A stretch of DNA of 64,000 nt from Phoronis australis (GCA_002633005.1 NMRA01000082.1:534576-598575); one strand, 5' to 3'; shown: positions 26,991-39,677, counted from the first letter of the stretch. Translations and numbers: made by a program. The notes: generated by a model from the sequence alone, not told the origin.

Positions 26991-28271
26991 TACTATTTTT
27001 ACTCGATCAAGAAATGAGTTCATTTCTAAATGTCTTCGTATAGTCCTAGTACACTGCAGCCAATGTAATCAGCTATTCACAGTACATTTCAGAGCTACGC
27101 AACTGGTGTTTGCCCATTTTTATCTGTCAGAACATGCTTACTGGAAATTACGCATAAATAGTTGGAATAAATTTTGTTGCATTCTGAATTTTTACTAAAG
27201 AACGTATTTGTATCGAACAGCATCAAAGGTCCAATTAAAATATAAAGATGTATAATTTCGGATTAGTGCCTGAATAAATTCTTCACAGCAACTGTGGGAA
27301 ATCCATATTCTAAAATTTTTGTCTTTATCAGTAAAATCCTTTTGAAACATTGGTTTAATAAGTCATTTATAGAATGTCTACTTCTGTGGTTCATTTCCGC
27401 TTGATGTCATTGATATACATTAAATCGTTTGATTTTAAAAGTTAATTAGTTGACTAAGTAATTCATTAATCAATATATTATTACATGAACGGCTTCATTA
27501 TTACATTTTGCTTCTGTTAAAACCAAACACTAGCAATCGCCTGCAGGCAATCTTCCGTTTCACATTGTTTGAAATAGTCCGATAACATACGATTTTTTTG
27601 GAAGAAAGTTTCGATGTTAACAGTTCTAATTTTATTTCATTTCTGCTTAACATAAATTCAACCCCAAGCCCCATATATCCTTGCAGCAAACAACAACGGA
27701 TCAACCAAACTCAAACAAGTCCCATGCATGCCCCGCCTGTGATAGACGTTGTCATTCCATTCTTACAGTTTTATGGCTTAAACTTTGCAACAGAATTTGG
27801 CAATAACAGATACACTTCGTCATCGTGAAAAATGTTAAAGAGTTGTTATTACAGGGTGTACCACGGTTTACAAAAATGATATCTTGCACTGTGATTTGAC
27901 TGGAAAAGGAAATACACGGACGAGATTTTAAATTCATGTTTACAAATGTTGTCGATATCGCTTGAAATGTCTACAGACCCATCATTTGGATGATCACCAT
28001 TCTTTGGAGGTGTTTGTTTTAGAACTAGCCAAATTACGCAATCAACTTAACGTAAGTGGAAGGTGATCGTACAAATATAAAATGTATGATTATAATTTGA
28101 GTGTTACCTCGTGAAAGCCATTTGCTTACTTGTGCTGTGTGAAGTCTATTAAATCTAACATTGCATTATTCTCCCGTGATTTTTAATCATGGCCCCCACC
28201 CCCGATACACGTTAGAGATTCAAAGAAAGATACAAAAACATTTTGAAATGAAACAACATTGATAGATATTA

Positions 28272-29519
28272 ATGCTGACTCAACTCTTTTCAGGGCAACT
28301 TGACGATGAGGAACAACGGTTGGCGTCAGAATTACGGCAACTTTCTGAAGAAGATAGGGGTTCAATATTAGGTGGTAAGATACTTCAAAAAATGGGTGAC
28401 GTTTACATGAAGCGAGGCTTATTGCAGGGATGTGCACAGCACTTTGTTACGACCTCGGCGTTATACAATGCTGCGTTAATGCGATATAATGAGTCTGGGA
28501 TGAAACATCAAGTTGAAGCGTCAATGGAACAAAATGAACGAGCATTCTACAATATGATTTCAATATCAAATCATAAAATTCCAATGGAGTTTAGGTGTGA
28601 AATAAAAGAAGAATTGGACCGTATCAGGAAAGATATTACTCCGACAGCAAATCAGGTACTAGACAAATTTGCTAAAAACCTAAACATGGAAGCAGGAAAT
28701 GAAGAAAGAGTGATGGTGGAAAGGGGATTTGTTAAGGAAACGAGGAATGCTTTTGAAGGTTTGTGTACCAATTTGAAGGGATTTCACAACAGTCTTCTAT
28801 CAAAATGTCAAATGATATTAGGCCCGCCTCCCCAGGACTACACTGCCATGGCCATGGGATCATTAGCAAGGGGAGAGGCAACACCTTATTCAGACTTGGA
28901 GTGGGCCATTTTGGTAAAAGATGACGACCAAGATCTCGAGTACTTCAGAAACCTGGTTCGACTTATGCACATATTCGTTTTAAACATTGGAGAAACAAAT
29001 CTGAAGACCATGAATATTAAGTCACTCAATGATTATTTCACACCTGATGGGAACTGGTTCAGTGACACCGTTGTAGCTAGGGGAGTTGAATTTGATAGTG
29101 CAGCGCCTTTTGCTTGCAAAACGCCACTTGGAAGACCTGACAGAACCGGAAGACAAGGCATAGAATTGATAAAAACACCCAAACACATGGCTGCAATATG
29201 CGAAAGTGAAACCGCCTTTAAGGAGGGTTATAACTTCGATCGCGTATTGACGGTTACAACCAAACTCCATGGAGATGATCACCTTTTTGAAAAGTTCAGA
29301 CAGCTCAGAGCATATAATCAGGCTAAGGAAGACTCGAGTAGAAAGTACATTCAGGATATCCGTAATGTAGTGGATGAGTTCTTACCACAACTGAGTTTTC
29401 ACACGGATAACGCAGCAACTCATGACATTAAAAAAGAGATGTTGCGGTTGCCGACTTTGGTTGTCGTTTTACTGAAACCGTTATTCAGTTTGAATAATGA
29501 TTTTATTTGGATGAGATGA
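28272..29519 (+). CDS. N-terminal part of NTase-TPR protein: helical region plus Pol-beta-superfamily nucleotidyltransferase (DUF294/GlnD-like)
   Basis: 415-aa ORF containing LGPPPQDYTAMAMGSLARGEATPYSDLEWAILV, which fits the hG[GS]x9-13Dh[DE]h signature. It continues with GETNL, GVEFD, CKTPLGR, ELIKTP and the start of a helical DIKKEMLRLP domain. It joins the next ORF by a frameshift at ~29505. Confidence 0.8.
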   Translation: MLTQLFSGQLDDEEQRLASELRQLSEEDRGSILGGKILQKMGDVYMKRGLLQGCAQHFVTTSALYNAALMRYNESGMKHQVEASMEQNERAFYNMISISNHKIPMEFRCEIKEELDRIRKDITPTANQVLDKFAKNLNMEAGNEERVMVERGFVKETRNAFEGLCTNLKGFHNSLLSKCQMILGPPPQDYTAMAMGSLARGEATPYSDLEWAILVKDDDQDLEYFRNLVRLMHIFVLNIGETNLKTMNIKSLNDYFTPDGNWFSDTVVARGVEFDSAAPFACKTPLGRPDRTGRQGIELIKTPKHMAAICESETAFKEGYNFDRVLTVTTKLHGDDHLFEKFRQLRAYNQAKEDSSRKYIQDIRNVVDEFLPQLSFHTDNAATHDIKKEMLRLPTLVVVLLKPLFSLNNDFIWMR

Positions 29520-32212
29520 TATCTGAATCCATATTGACATCCGATGGAGGGCATAATTTGCTTGTGGTCATTTCCATCGTGGCCCTTCTCAGACTCGTAA
29601 TGTACTCTAGTAAAGCAAGACAGCACGAAGTGTTTGTTTTATTTGGAAACTCAAACTCATCTGATCTGGGAAAATCTACCGTACCAGGATATAACAGATA
29701 CAAGCATTTGGTTATTCGATATTATTATTCAATGTTACCATTAGCTTATTTTGTAAGAAGTAAACAGTTAGTAGAGGCACGTACCAAGCGACAAATAGAT
29801 GACATGTTTTATGAAAGAAATCATTTAACAGAAGGTTTAATTGAATTTTATTGCCTCTCCAACGAACGTGCCAGAGAACAATTTTTTGCTCACATTGAAT
29901 CAGTTTCTGTAAATCCACACAAAAGAGAAAGGGAGGACGTAGTAGTTCAGCACAAAGGAAAGGATATTTTCTGTGACCACACAAACAGTACAGTACGGCG
30001 CTGCCTCTTCAATATCGGTGAAACCTACATGGCAGAAAAAAAGTTCGAAGAAGTTTTGAAATATAACTTACATACTTTCAGACTGATCTGGCGGAAACAC
30101 ATCACCAAAAGCAGATTCCCAATGCATAACTATGGTGATCAGGGGATTCATTCTATTTTGAATACGATTGGAAGCTTGCATGAAATGAACAAGAAAGAGT
30201 TGAAGTATACTGAATATGATGCTGTTGAAGTAACATGTATCGCAGATAGTCTTAAAGTTATCGGGAATGTCTGTACAGCTATGGCTATGCACAACTTGGC
30301 CATGATATACTACGAAGAGTCACTGAGTTTGAAGAGGAAGATATACGGTGATGGTGAGCATCCCGGTATTGCCACTCTTTTGAATAATATTGGGGGTGTG
30401 TATTACAGCATGAGTAAGTATGACCTAGCCTTACAATACCAGCAAGACTCACTGAGTATGACGAGGAGGATACACAATGATGGTGATCATCCCAGCATTG
30501 CCACAAGTTTGAATAATCTTGGGAGTGTGTATGAAAAGATGTGTAAGTACGACCTGGCCTTACAATTCTATCAACTGTCACTGGGTATGAAGAGGAGGAT
30601 ACACGGTGATGGTGATCATCCCAAAATTGCCATTAGTTTGTATAGCATTGGGAGTGTGTATCAGGAGATGCGTAAGTACGACTTGGCCTCACAATACTAC
30701 CAAGACTCACTGGATATGAATAGGAGGATACACGGTGATATTGATCATCCCGACATTGCCATTAGTTTGAAAGATATTGGGGATATGTTTAACAAGATGA
30801 ATAAGTATGAATTGGCCTTACAATACTACCGAGAGTCACTGGATATGAAGAGGAGGATACACAGTGATGGTGACCATGCCAACATTGCCACTATTTTGAA
30901 TAATATTGGGACTGTGTATTACAACATGTTCATGTACAACCTGGCCTTACAATACCATCAAGACTCACTGAGTATGATGAGGAGGATACACGGTGATGGT
31001 GATCATCCCAGCATTGCCAAAAATTTGCATAATATTGGGGATGTATATAACAACATGTGTAAGTACGACCTGGCGTTACAGTACCATCAAGACTCACTGA
31101 GTATGATGAGGAGGATACACAGTGATGGTGATAATGTCAACATTGCCACAAGTTTGAATGATATTGGGGATGTATATAAGGAGATGAGTAAGTACGACCT
31201 GGCCTTACAATCCTATCAAGACTCACTGAGTATGAGGAGGAGGATAAACGGTGATGGTGATCATCCCGACGTTGCCGCTAGTTTGAATAATCTTGGGAAT
31301 GTGTATATTAACATGTATAAGTACGATCTGGCCTTACAATCCTATCAAGACTCACTGAGTATGAGGAGGAGGATAAACGGTGATGGTGATCATCCCGGTA
31401 TTGCCACTCTTTTGAATAATATTGGGGGTGTGTATTACAGCATGAGTAAGTATGACCTAGCCTTACAATACCAGCAAGACTCACTGGATATGGAGAGGAG
31501 GATACACGGTGATGATGATCATCCCAGCATTGCCACAAGTTTGAATAATCTTGGGAGTGTGTATGATAAGATGTGTAAGTACGACATGGCCTTACAATTC
31601 TATCAACTGTCACTGGGTATGAAGAGGAGGATACACGGTGATGTTGATCATTTCAACATTGCCACTACTTTGAATTGTATTGGGGATGTGTTTAACAAGA
31701 TGAGTAAGTACGACCTGGCCTTACAATACTATCAACAGTTACTGGGTATGGAGAGAAGAATACACGGTGATGGTGATCATCCCAATATTGCCGCTTGTTT
31801 GGATAGCATTGAGAGTGTGTATAGGGAGATGAGTAAGTACGACATGGCCTTACAATCCTATCAAGACTCACTGGGTATGATGAGGAGGATACACGGTGAT
31901 GTTGATCATTCCAACATGGCCACTACTTTGAATAATATTGGTTCTGTGTATTACAACATGTCTATGTAGGACCTGGCCTTACAATACTACCAAGACTCAC
32001 TGGGTATGAGGAGGAGAATACACGGTGATGGTGATCATCCGGACATTGCCGCTTGTTTGAATAATGTTTGGTATGTGTATAATGAGATGTGTAAGTACGA
32101 TCTGTCCTTACAATACTATCAACTGTCACTGGGTATGAAGAGGGCGATACACGGTGATGGTGATCATCCCAACATTGACACTAGTTTGAATAATATTGGG
32201 ACTGTCTGTTAA
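29507..32212 (+). pseudogene. C-terminal part of NTase-TPR protein: helical substrate-binding-like domain plus TPR array; in-frame TAG at 31967
   Basis: The 820-aa ORF and the 68-aa ORF are in the same frame. The TAG replaces the Tyr codon (TAC/TAT) found at this position in the other repeats. The terminal stop is TAA at 32210-32212. Confidence 0.8.
30230..32209 (+). repeat. Coding tandem array of 129-bp / 43-aa TPR units (kinesin-light-chain/NPHP3-like type)
   Basis: Units start at 30359+129n, giving 14 full units to 32164, one partial unit and one degenerate leading unit. Consensus HPxIAxxLxxIGxVYxxMxKYDLALQxYQxSLxMxRRIHGDGD. Confidence 0.95.
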
Positions 32213-32799
32213 ATCACAATCAAGGTCCATATTCGAGAGTTGACTGTGTTACGGTTTAAAATAATTTTTGGTCACTTACCAAATGCCAACTGAATCTCAT
32301 TATGCAAAGCGGTCTTTAGTTGTGCAAATTTAATAAAGAATCATCAAAATCGGACAATATTTGAGAAATTTATGCATGTTTTTTTCTATGAATTTCATAC
32401 ATTCTGAGCGTTACGAGTGGCCATTTTTAAAATAACAATTTTCAACTGTCAAAAGTAGAAAAGAAATTTATTTTATCAAATAAGCAGCTGTTTAGATATG
32501 ACTGGGGATAACGTAAGGCACATTCAGAGTCAATTAGATGAAGTTGTGAATAATCATTGAGAAATGGTAGGGTTCATCATAAAACAGGTACTCGTTACGA
32601 AATTTGTAAATTCTGTGTTTCTAAACTTCACCTACTGTAAAGAAGGTTAAAAACTAAAGCTCACACTCTGTAACGCAAAGAATTGCAAAATTTGTCAGCC
32701 TAGGCAACACAGCAAATTCTTCAATGTCTAAACATACCAAATGTTTGGATATTGAATGAGTTCTGCTATGTTGAAAATGGGCCAAAAAGGCCAACAAAA

Positions 32800-34005
32800 T
32801 GTAATGTACGTACCCCCATGTGGAATTCAGTAACACAAATTGTCAATGCAAATGAAATTGTTGCTTTTTAAATAACAACATGGTGCTTATTATCACCAAA
32901 GAAAAATGAATGGCCATACAACATTATGTTACCATGTGATGCAGAAACAGTGATGTAGTGTACGTACCCCCTTTTGTAGTGTACGTACCCCCATGTTTAC
33001 AAATGCCATGACATTAAAACATCACTTGGTAAGTGAGGAACATTGGTCATACACAGTTTCCTTCTTAAAAATGTTAGGTTAAAAGAGTGTTTATTTCAAA
33101 TACATTTGTTTTGAGTGAAATATTAGCATTTGTGTAGTGTACGTACCCCCATATTTTAATTTGTGTCTATTTTCAAAGTATGGCAGATATGCACATGAAT
33201 ACTGTGATTTTTATTTTTTCTCTTTGAATTGGTTTAGTAAATCAACTAACTCTCAGTACATTCTTAGTATTTAGTTACAAACCTGACATGCCATTGAAGA
33301 GTAGGGTACGTACCCCTGTGTAGTGTACGTACCCCCATGTGAATAAATACCATGAAACAAAAATATCACACGGTAAGTAAGCAACACTTGTCATAGACAG
33401 CTTCCACCATTATAAATGCTAGGTTAAAAGGTTGTTAATTACAAATACATTTGATTTGGGTGAAATATTAGCATTTTTGTAGTGTACGTAACCCTATATT
33501 TTAACATGTGCCTGTTTTCAAAGAATTGTAGACAGATATGCCCACGACTGAATGCTGTACTTTTAATTTGTTCTCTTTGACTAGTGTAAGTGAACTAACT
33601 CTCGGTAGATTTTAATTATTTTTATAAACCTGAAAAGTCAATGAAATGTAGTGTACGTACCTTCAACCTCTGTGCTATAAAGCAATGCCCACAAGAATTT
33701 TTACACACTGCTGTTCACATGAACAATACTGATGTTTCCAAAATGAACACAGTCTGACAAAAATGGACATTAGCAAATTTGTGGACAATAAAATGCCACA
33801 CAGGACTTGGCTATTACTGGAAATCCTGAGAGTCAGGTCATGTGACAACTGATGTTGCAGAGGCAGGTTCTCTATCTCTCAAGACAACTTCAACTTGCAA
33901 CAAAACAACCAGTAGAGGCAGCACAAAACTCGAGACCATCCCATACATTTGTAACTTAGCCAAAATTTGACGTTGATTGACACGCGTAGTGTACGTACCC
34001 CATCA
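32800..34005. repeat. Dispersed GTAGTGTACGTACCCC motif cluster, including a ~345-bp tandem duplication
   Basis: About nine same-orientation copies, near 32801, 32956, 32976, 33134, 33301, 33320, 33479, 33648 and 33986. 32976-33319 aligns with 33320-33660. Confidence 0.85.
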
Positions 34006-37000
34006 ACCAGTAGCATTTTTTTACTGTTTACAAGTGGAGCACTGGGCCTAGCATTGCTTTAACTATTTTGACCAACTGGTGAATGTGTTGAAAACTAGGC
34101 AAATAGCACCAATGAAACCAATAAAGTGTTTGAAAAAATAGTAACTTGGCATTTTCTTTTTGTAAGAATCATATTGCAAGAGAAGGAAGTTTTCATTATA
34201 CTGTGTTAAGATATGCAATGTATCATCATCTAGAACAACTTGATCAGAAAGGTAATAACTTTTCTTATTTTAGTATGTGATACTTCTTCAATTTAACCAA
34301 AGGTACTAAAGTAGCGACAATCTCCTTCCATTTTCGGACAGATTGTACATATTTTGCGCCTCCTGGTGGGTATTTTTAACACTTTCGAGTCTAATTTTGG
34401 TGTCCGTTTTTCTATCAGCCAAACTAATTGGAGGTTTGTTTTGAAAATTAGCAGATGTGTTTCCAGTGAGAAGGCCGGGGCTCAGTGACATTGATACTCA
34501 GACGGGTTCTTCTACTTTAATGCCTCCTAGTGGCGTTTGTTTTTCATCTACGGTTCTGCCTCCTTCCTAATCTTTCGTAGGATTTTTTGAAATTTAGCGG
34601 ACGTGTTCCTACGGTACTGACAACATTTTATGACGTGTTTCAGCCTCCTTCGACTACAGCTGTGCCCCATGGCAGTTTTAGATGTTCATGTCTGCCTCTT
34701 ATGTTCGAAGTTCATCGATGAATTTTCGTGATATTTGGCGAATAGCTTTCTATTAAAAATGGCGACAGTCTTCCATTTTTCTAAGGATTTGATGTATTCT
34801 TGAACAACTTATTGGCTTTTCTATTTTTTCGAGTCCGTCTATTTTTGTACCTCTTAAGAAGACTTTTATTTGAGGACGAATATGACAGCTGTGACGCCTC
34901 CTCATGGCGACGTTTGTTTTTTTTTACTTCCTCGGTTGAATCTCCTTACTCCTTTGAAAGATCTTTGCGAATTTAAAAAAATCAACTTCATATCATAAAT
35001 GTGACTTTGGCTACCTTTGAATTTTGGGCTGTTCTAACTACTGCTGAGCCCCCTAGATTCTATTTTAGTTTTTACGTTTGCATCTGTATCTTTAGAGTCC
35101 TTTGACAGTTTTTATTGAAAAATAGTAAACAAGATTTTGTTACGACGGCGATATCATTCCTCCAATTTTGAGATAGATTTGCATATCCTGTATGACCCAG
35201 TGTCTCTTTTTGACACTAATACATGTAACCACTGCTAGAAGCACACGGTTTGCGTTGCTGTCGTGGCCGCATTTCTGCGTTGTTCCACCTCAATGACTTT
35301 TTGCAACACCTGTTAATTGCACGTGCAATGTTGTCTTTTTAAAATCTTTAGATCTTGCTTTGAAACAGTTTTTGGTCGAATTATGTTTTAACGGACTCGT
35401 GATCAGCAGCTTGTGACAGTGCAATGCTTGACGGTAAGTTTCGTGAAGATAAATGATCTTGAGTTTTGACGAGTTCATTACGTAATTGTAGTGACCTGCA
35501 TGGTGACTGCGTAAATGAGGAGCTGCCAACTGTTTTGATTAAAATTTGCTTTTAATTATTTCGTGCTAAATTGTAAAGAAATTTAGATCATGGGTAGAAG
35601 GACTTCTCACTTGGGATGGCGTAGTATTTGTGTTTATAGCGAAAAACATTTTGGGCGGGAGATGAAAGTAGTTCTTTATCCTCGTCGCCAATATTGTTAT
35701 GCAGACAGTAACGCGGCGATTTGATATAACACATATATTGGTTGATGAAGAGATGGTAACTACATATAATATTGGAATACTAACAAATAGATCCATGTAA
35801 TACAGTTAGCGAGTCTTTTACCACTCTGAGTGGAGAGTTCAGATGAGTCGCATAATCAATCAACACATGGTTTTAATGATGTGTGGTCGGCACACTAGTA
35901 CAGCAGACGATAATCAACGCTAAGCTTCGCCCACGTGACAGCCATATTTGTTTGGGTCGTCTGTCGTGCTCCGCAAGTTCGCAAAAATGATTAAAATTAC
36001 GCTATAAACAAACAGGTATGTCACATTTTCTAAACATGAAGTAAATATCAGCTTTATTTCTAGTACATCAACAAAAATTAGAACAGAATGACCGCGCATT
36101 CTGAACGAATTTTGACCTCAAGTAGCAATCGAAGCCCGCTTAACTTCAAAGCCGTTTTTCTAGGCTCGTGATTTCACGTTAGTGACAAGATTCTCGGGCC
36201 TATTTTTCCGCAACACGTGGGTCAATTTTTACGAAATTTGTAAATTTGAAATCATCTAGGACTGAGGCAAAATCGCGTGCCAGGGTTTTTTGATACATGG
36301 ACCAGATTTTTGGTTATTAGACGGAAAGTGACCAAATGACAGAAAGTAGCGTGCTTGCCCCAACTCACACGCAAAAAAGCCACAAAATCAAGATGATAAT
36401 GATTTTGTACATATATTTGGTATGTATAAGTAGAATATTGCGTAAGGAAACAGTTGATGATAATCTCTGTGCATTTTGAAAAAAAATTCGAGGTAAAATT
36501 GGATTTTTTGTAAAATAAAAAATACGATTTTTAAAAAAACGAACTGCAATAAAAACTTTTTTCCCCATTTTTGTCACTTTCAGAGTCATTTCTAACTAGT
36601 TAAAACCCCTTTATACTTACTTTAGATAGGAGCCTGGAGATTTGACCAGTGTATACACCCCCCTTAATAATCGTTGATTTGACCAGTGTATACACCTACC
36701 CTAAAGGTACTTTTCCCTTTACATTTACAAATTTAGAACAAAGGATGAGCTTTTGTCAGTCGAAGATGTCAATGAATATGATATAAACGTTTCGTAAATT
36801 TCAGACCTGCTTGTGTGAGCTAGATTCTTTTTAAATGTGGGCGGGTTTCCACGGAAACCTCATTACACTCGCTGGTTTAGTATAAACATAAATTACAAAA
36901 TTATAAAATAATAATTTTGACCAGACTTACGTAGAGCTGTTATTTACTTACCTCTTCAAAAATCATTACTTGGCTATGGACCCGATCAATGTTGATCCAT

Positions 37001-37530
37001 CTCAACTCCCCAAGAGCGAACAAAGCGTAACCGTTGTCAAAGAGCACCGATTAATCCAAAAATAATTTTGTAAAAATTTATCGCGCTAAATTACCCAGGT
37101 GGTTAATTGAGTCTCAAAAATCCAAGACTAACAAAATTCTTCAACATGCGATGGGACAACTCATTTTTATCGGTATTTAGAGGTTCAAAAGCTTATGATA
37201 CTGGTGGCGGATACGGCCTCGGGTTCGGAACCGGGTTCGGGTTCCCAACAAAATGTTACTCTACGCACGTTGAACCGTTAAGCGATATTTAGTTTTGAAA
37301 TAATTAATCACTGGACTAAATTTATTTTTGTTTTTTGCAAAAAAGGAATAGGAAACACCAGTTTTGGGAATGCGAGATTGTCATTGTAGTGTGGGAACAA
37401 CACTTTCTATGGATTAAATGTTATTGGTAGATAAAATAGTCTATGAAAGATAGTCTGGTTGGTTTTGTTACTCACTCATTCAAAAATATCAATTTTATTT
37501 TCGGATTGTTACTTTTTAGTAGGCGCAACG

Positions 37531-37770
37531 GAGGAGGTAGTGTGACCTAGTGTGATGGTGCCCGCCTTCTTTACTCGAGGTCGTGGGTTCGAGTCCCACT
37601 AGGCCACACTGCTGGACCCTTGAGTCAGGTTTCTAGCTCCTCAGCTCGGTTTCAACTAATAAAAAAGCACAAAAATATTTCCAGGTGATTAGTGCAATGG
37701 GCCCACATGCGCGGCCTGCGCACGTCTGGTACAACGTGTACCAGACGTGCGCCTGCCATTATTTTTTTTT
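37531..37770 (+). mobile_element. tRNA-derived SINE-like / Pol III unit with terminal hairpin
   Basis: A-box-like GTGACCTAGTGTGA and B box GGTTCGAGTCC. A perfect 16-bp stem at 37718-37752 is followed by a T-run at ~37762. Confidence 0.5.
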
Positions 37771-39677
37771 ATTTAATAGAAGTAACGGAACTGAGCCTAT
37801 TTTACATGTTTAAAATCATATTTTTGATCACTGTGCTATAAATAGGAATTTATGCTAACAGAATTTATGTATTAAAAACACATGTATGTGGGACGAAGTA
37901 ACTTTATTAATAAATCTTAATAGAATAAACTCTCATTGTATTGTAAATATTTTGTGCATAATAAGTTCTTGAAATAATGAGTCCAAAAACAATCCCTGAA
38001 ACATAATGAATCAATGACTCCTTAAAATATGACAAATGAAAAAAATCCTTGTCAGTACTGTCGTGACTGTGGAATGAGTTTCTACTTGTCATAGGCAAAA
38101 ATTTTGTTTTCAGATGAGGTGGGCCATAGTGCAATTATGAAGAATGGCACTTTCATGGTAAAAATATTACATTGTCCTCTATTTACAGATATATCGGTGT
38201 ATGTTTTATCTCCAAACTTGTGTGGTCACGGGCTAACGAGATACTGGCAACCCAAACAAAAAGCAGTTTTAATGATTGCAATGGCTTCGACCGCAAATAA
38301 ATGACGAAAATTTTGATGCTTTAAAATCTAACAAATTCGTGAACATGCTGAAATATCAAAGATCAACAGTTCGGTAAAATGTACCACTTATCAAAAATCT
38401 TGCAACCAGCGCAGCTACTGTAAATTTCCGAAACACAATATAAACAAACGCAACGTTTCACTCTTTCAGAGGAGCATCATCAGACAAAAGAGACAAAATG
38501 TCAAAGAACTGACAGCAAAAAGTCACAGAGGTCAACATGGCGAACAAGAATCGAGTAAACAATGAACAAATTAGGAAAGAACAACAACTCAGTGTGCAAG
38601 AGACACATTTTTCTCTTTTGATTTCTGAGACAACTTTGCTGTGTAGCTTTTTTATTGATTAATCTTCCATGGCAAAATGTGTACAAATTTGAAAAGCTGC
38701 TAAGTGCATAAAAGTTGTTTTACCACATAAATAAGAAAGAGTGGAAAAATTTTAATATTTGACGTGATTGGTTCCTTTACATGTAAATGTACTTGAATTT
38801 CTTTGCTATAGCTGCAGTTTTCAGTTATTTGATTAGTCATTTTAATTGGTGCAGTAATTTGTTTTACTCCATGTCTGTTATATTTTCTGCTTTATAACAT
38901 AGCCACACATTAAATTCCCATTTTGTGATGAAGTTACTGTGTAATAGACATATTAGAAAGCTTAACTTGTCGTTTGACCTGGTTTTTTCTTATTTGAATT
39001 TTAAGTGAATTTAAACCAAATACTTTAAAAATATGATAAATCCCACCAATTTATCAGACAACAGGATTTTTTTGCACTTTTCATATACAATAAATGACTT
39101 GAAAATTTAATGTTTTAGCACAAAAAGAGATGCAGGAGTATTGCAGCCCCTAGATAGCCTGCCGGGGCTACTTGTTGCCACGGTTTAACAAGCCTTACCC
39201 TCCCGTTCACTTTGACCTACGTGGCACGTACATTGACTTGTTTACTCTAACAAGGTGGTGGACAAAACTGAGGACTAAAAATACTCAGTCGACTCATCAC
39301 TTCACAAAAGCTGAGATTGTAAAATGAGCTGATTAGTGGACAACCTGAACGTCTCGGACATCCTGATTCAGTTGTCTAATGTTGACATACCTGTCACGTA
39401 AAATCTTTACTAAGTGAGGAATCCAATGCATAATAATCATCAGAGATCGCAGATAACTCCAGCGCTCAAACTTATTTCCAATATATTAAAACGTCACAGC
39501 GGTAATAGCCAACTCGATGTCCCTAAGCTGTACTAAGACTTTTCAACAGAGTACAACCAATTCCTTCGAGTCGCTCTCCATTTTGAACTTCCTAGGTGTG
39601 CGTGAACTTAGAATTTTGCTTAATTTCAAGATCGCGTATGCGTGACCTTGGAATTAAATATCAGTTAAAGCAATCAG

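Noticed and set aside
30285-31613. Two near-identical minus-strand ORFs (98 and 101 aa)
   Set aside because: They are antisense shadows of the duplicated TPR units 1-2 and 9-10.
28272-32212. Bacterial contamination as the source of the intronless NTase-TPR gene
   Set aside because: It is flanked by animal repeats with no operon or neighbouring prokaryotic genes, and has a plausible splice acceptor at the start. Ancient horizontal transfer is not excluded.
28272-32212. Naming the gene KLC, NPHP3, TTC28 or cGAS
   Set aside because: Only the generic TPR type resembles KLC/NPHP3/TTC28. No Mab-21/cGAS-type C-terminal features were recognisable.
32800-34005. CRISPR-like repeat/spacer appearance
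   Set aside because: Spacing is irregular (about 20-340 bp), the spacers are duplicates of each other, there are no cas genes and the context is eukaryotic.
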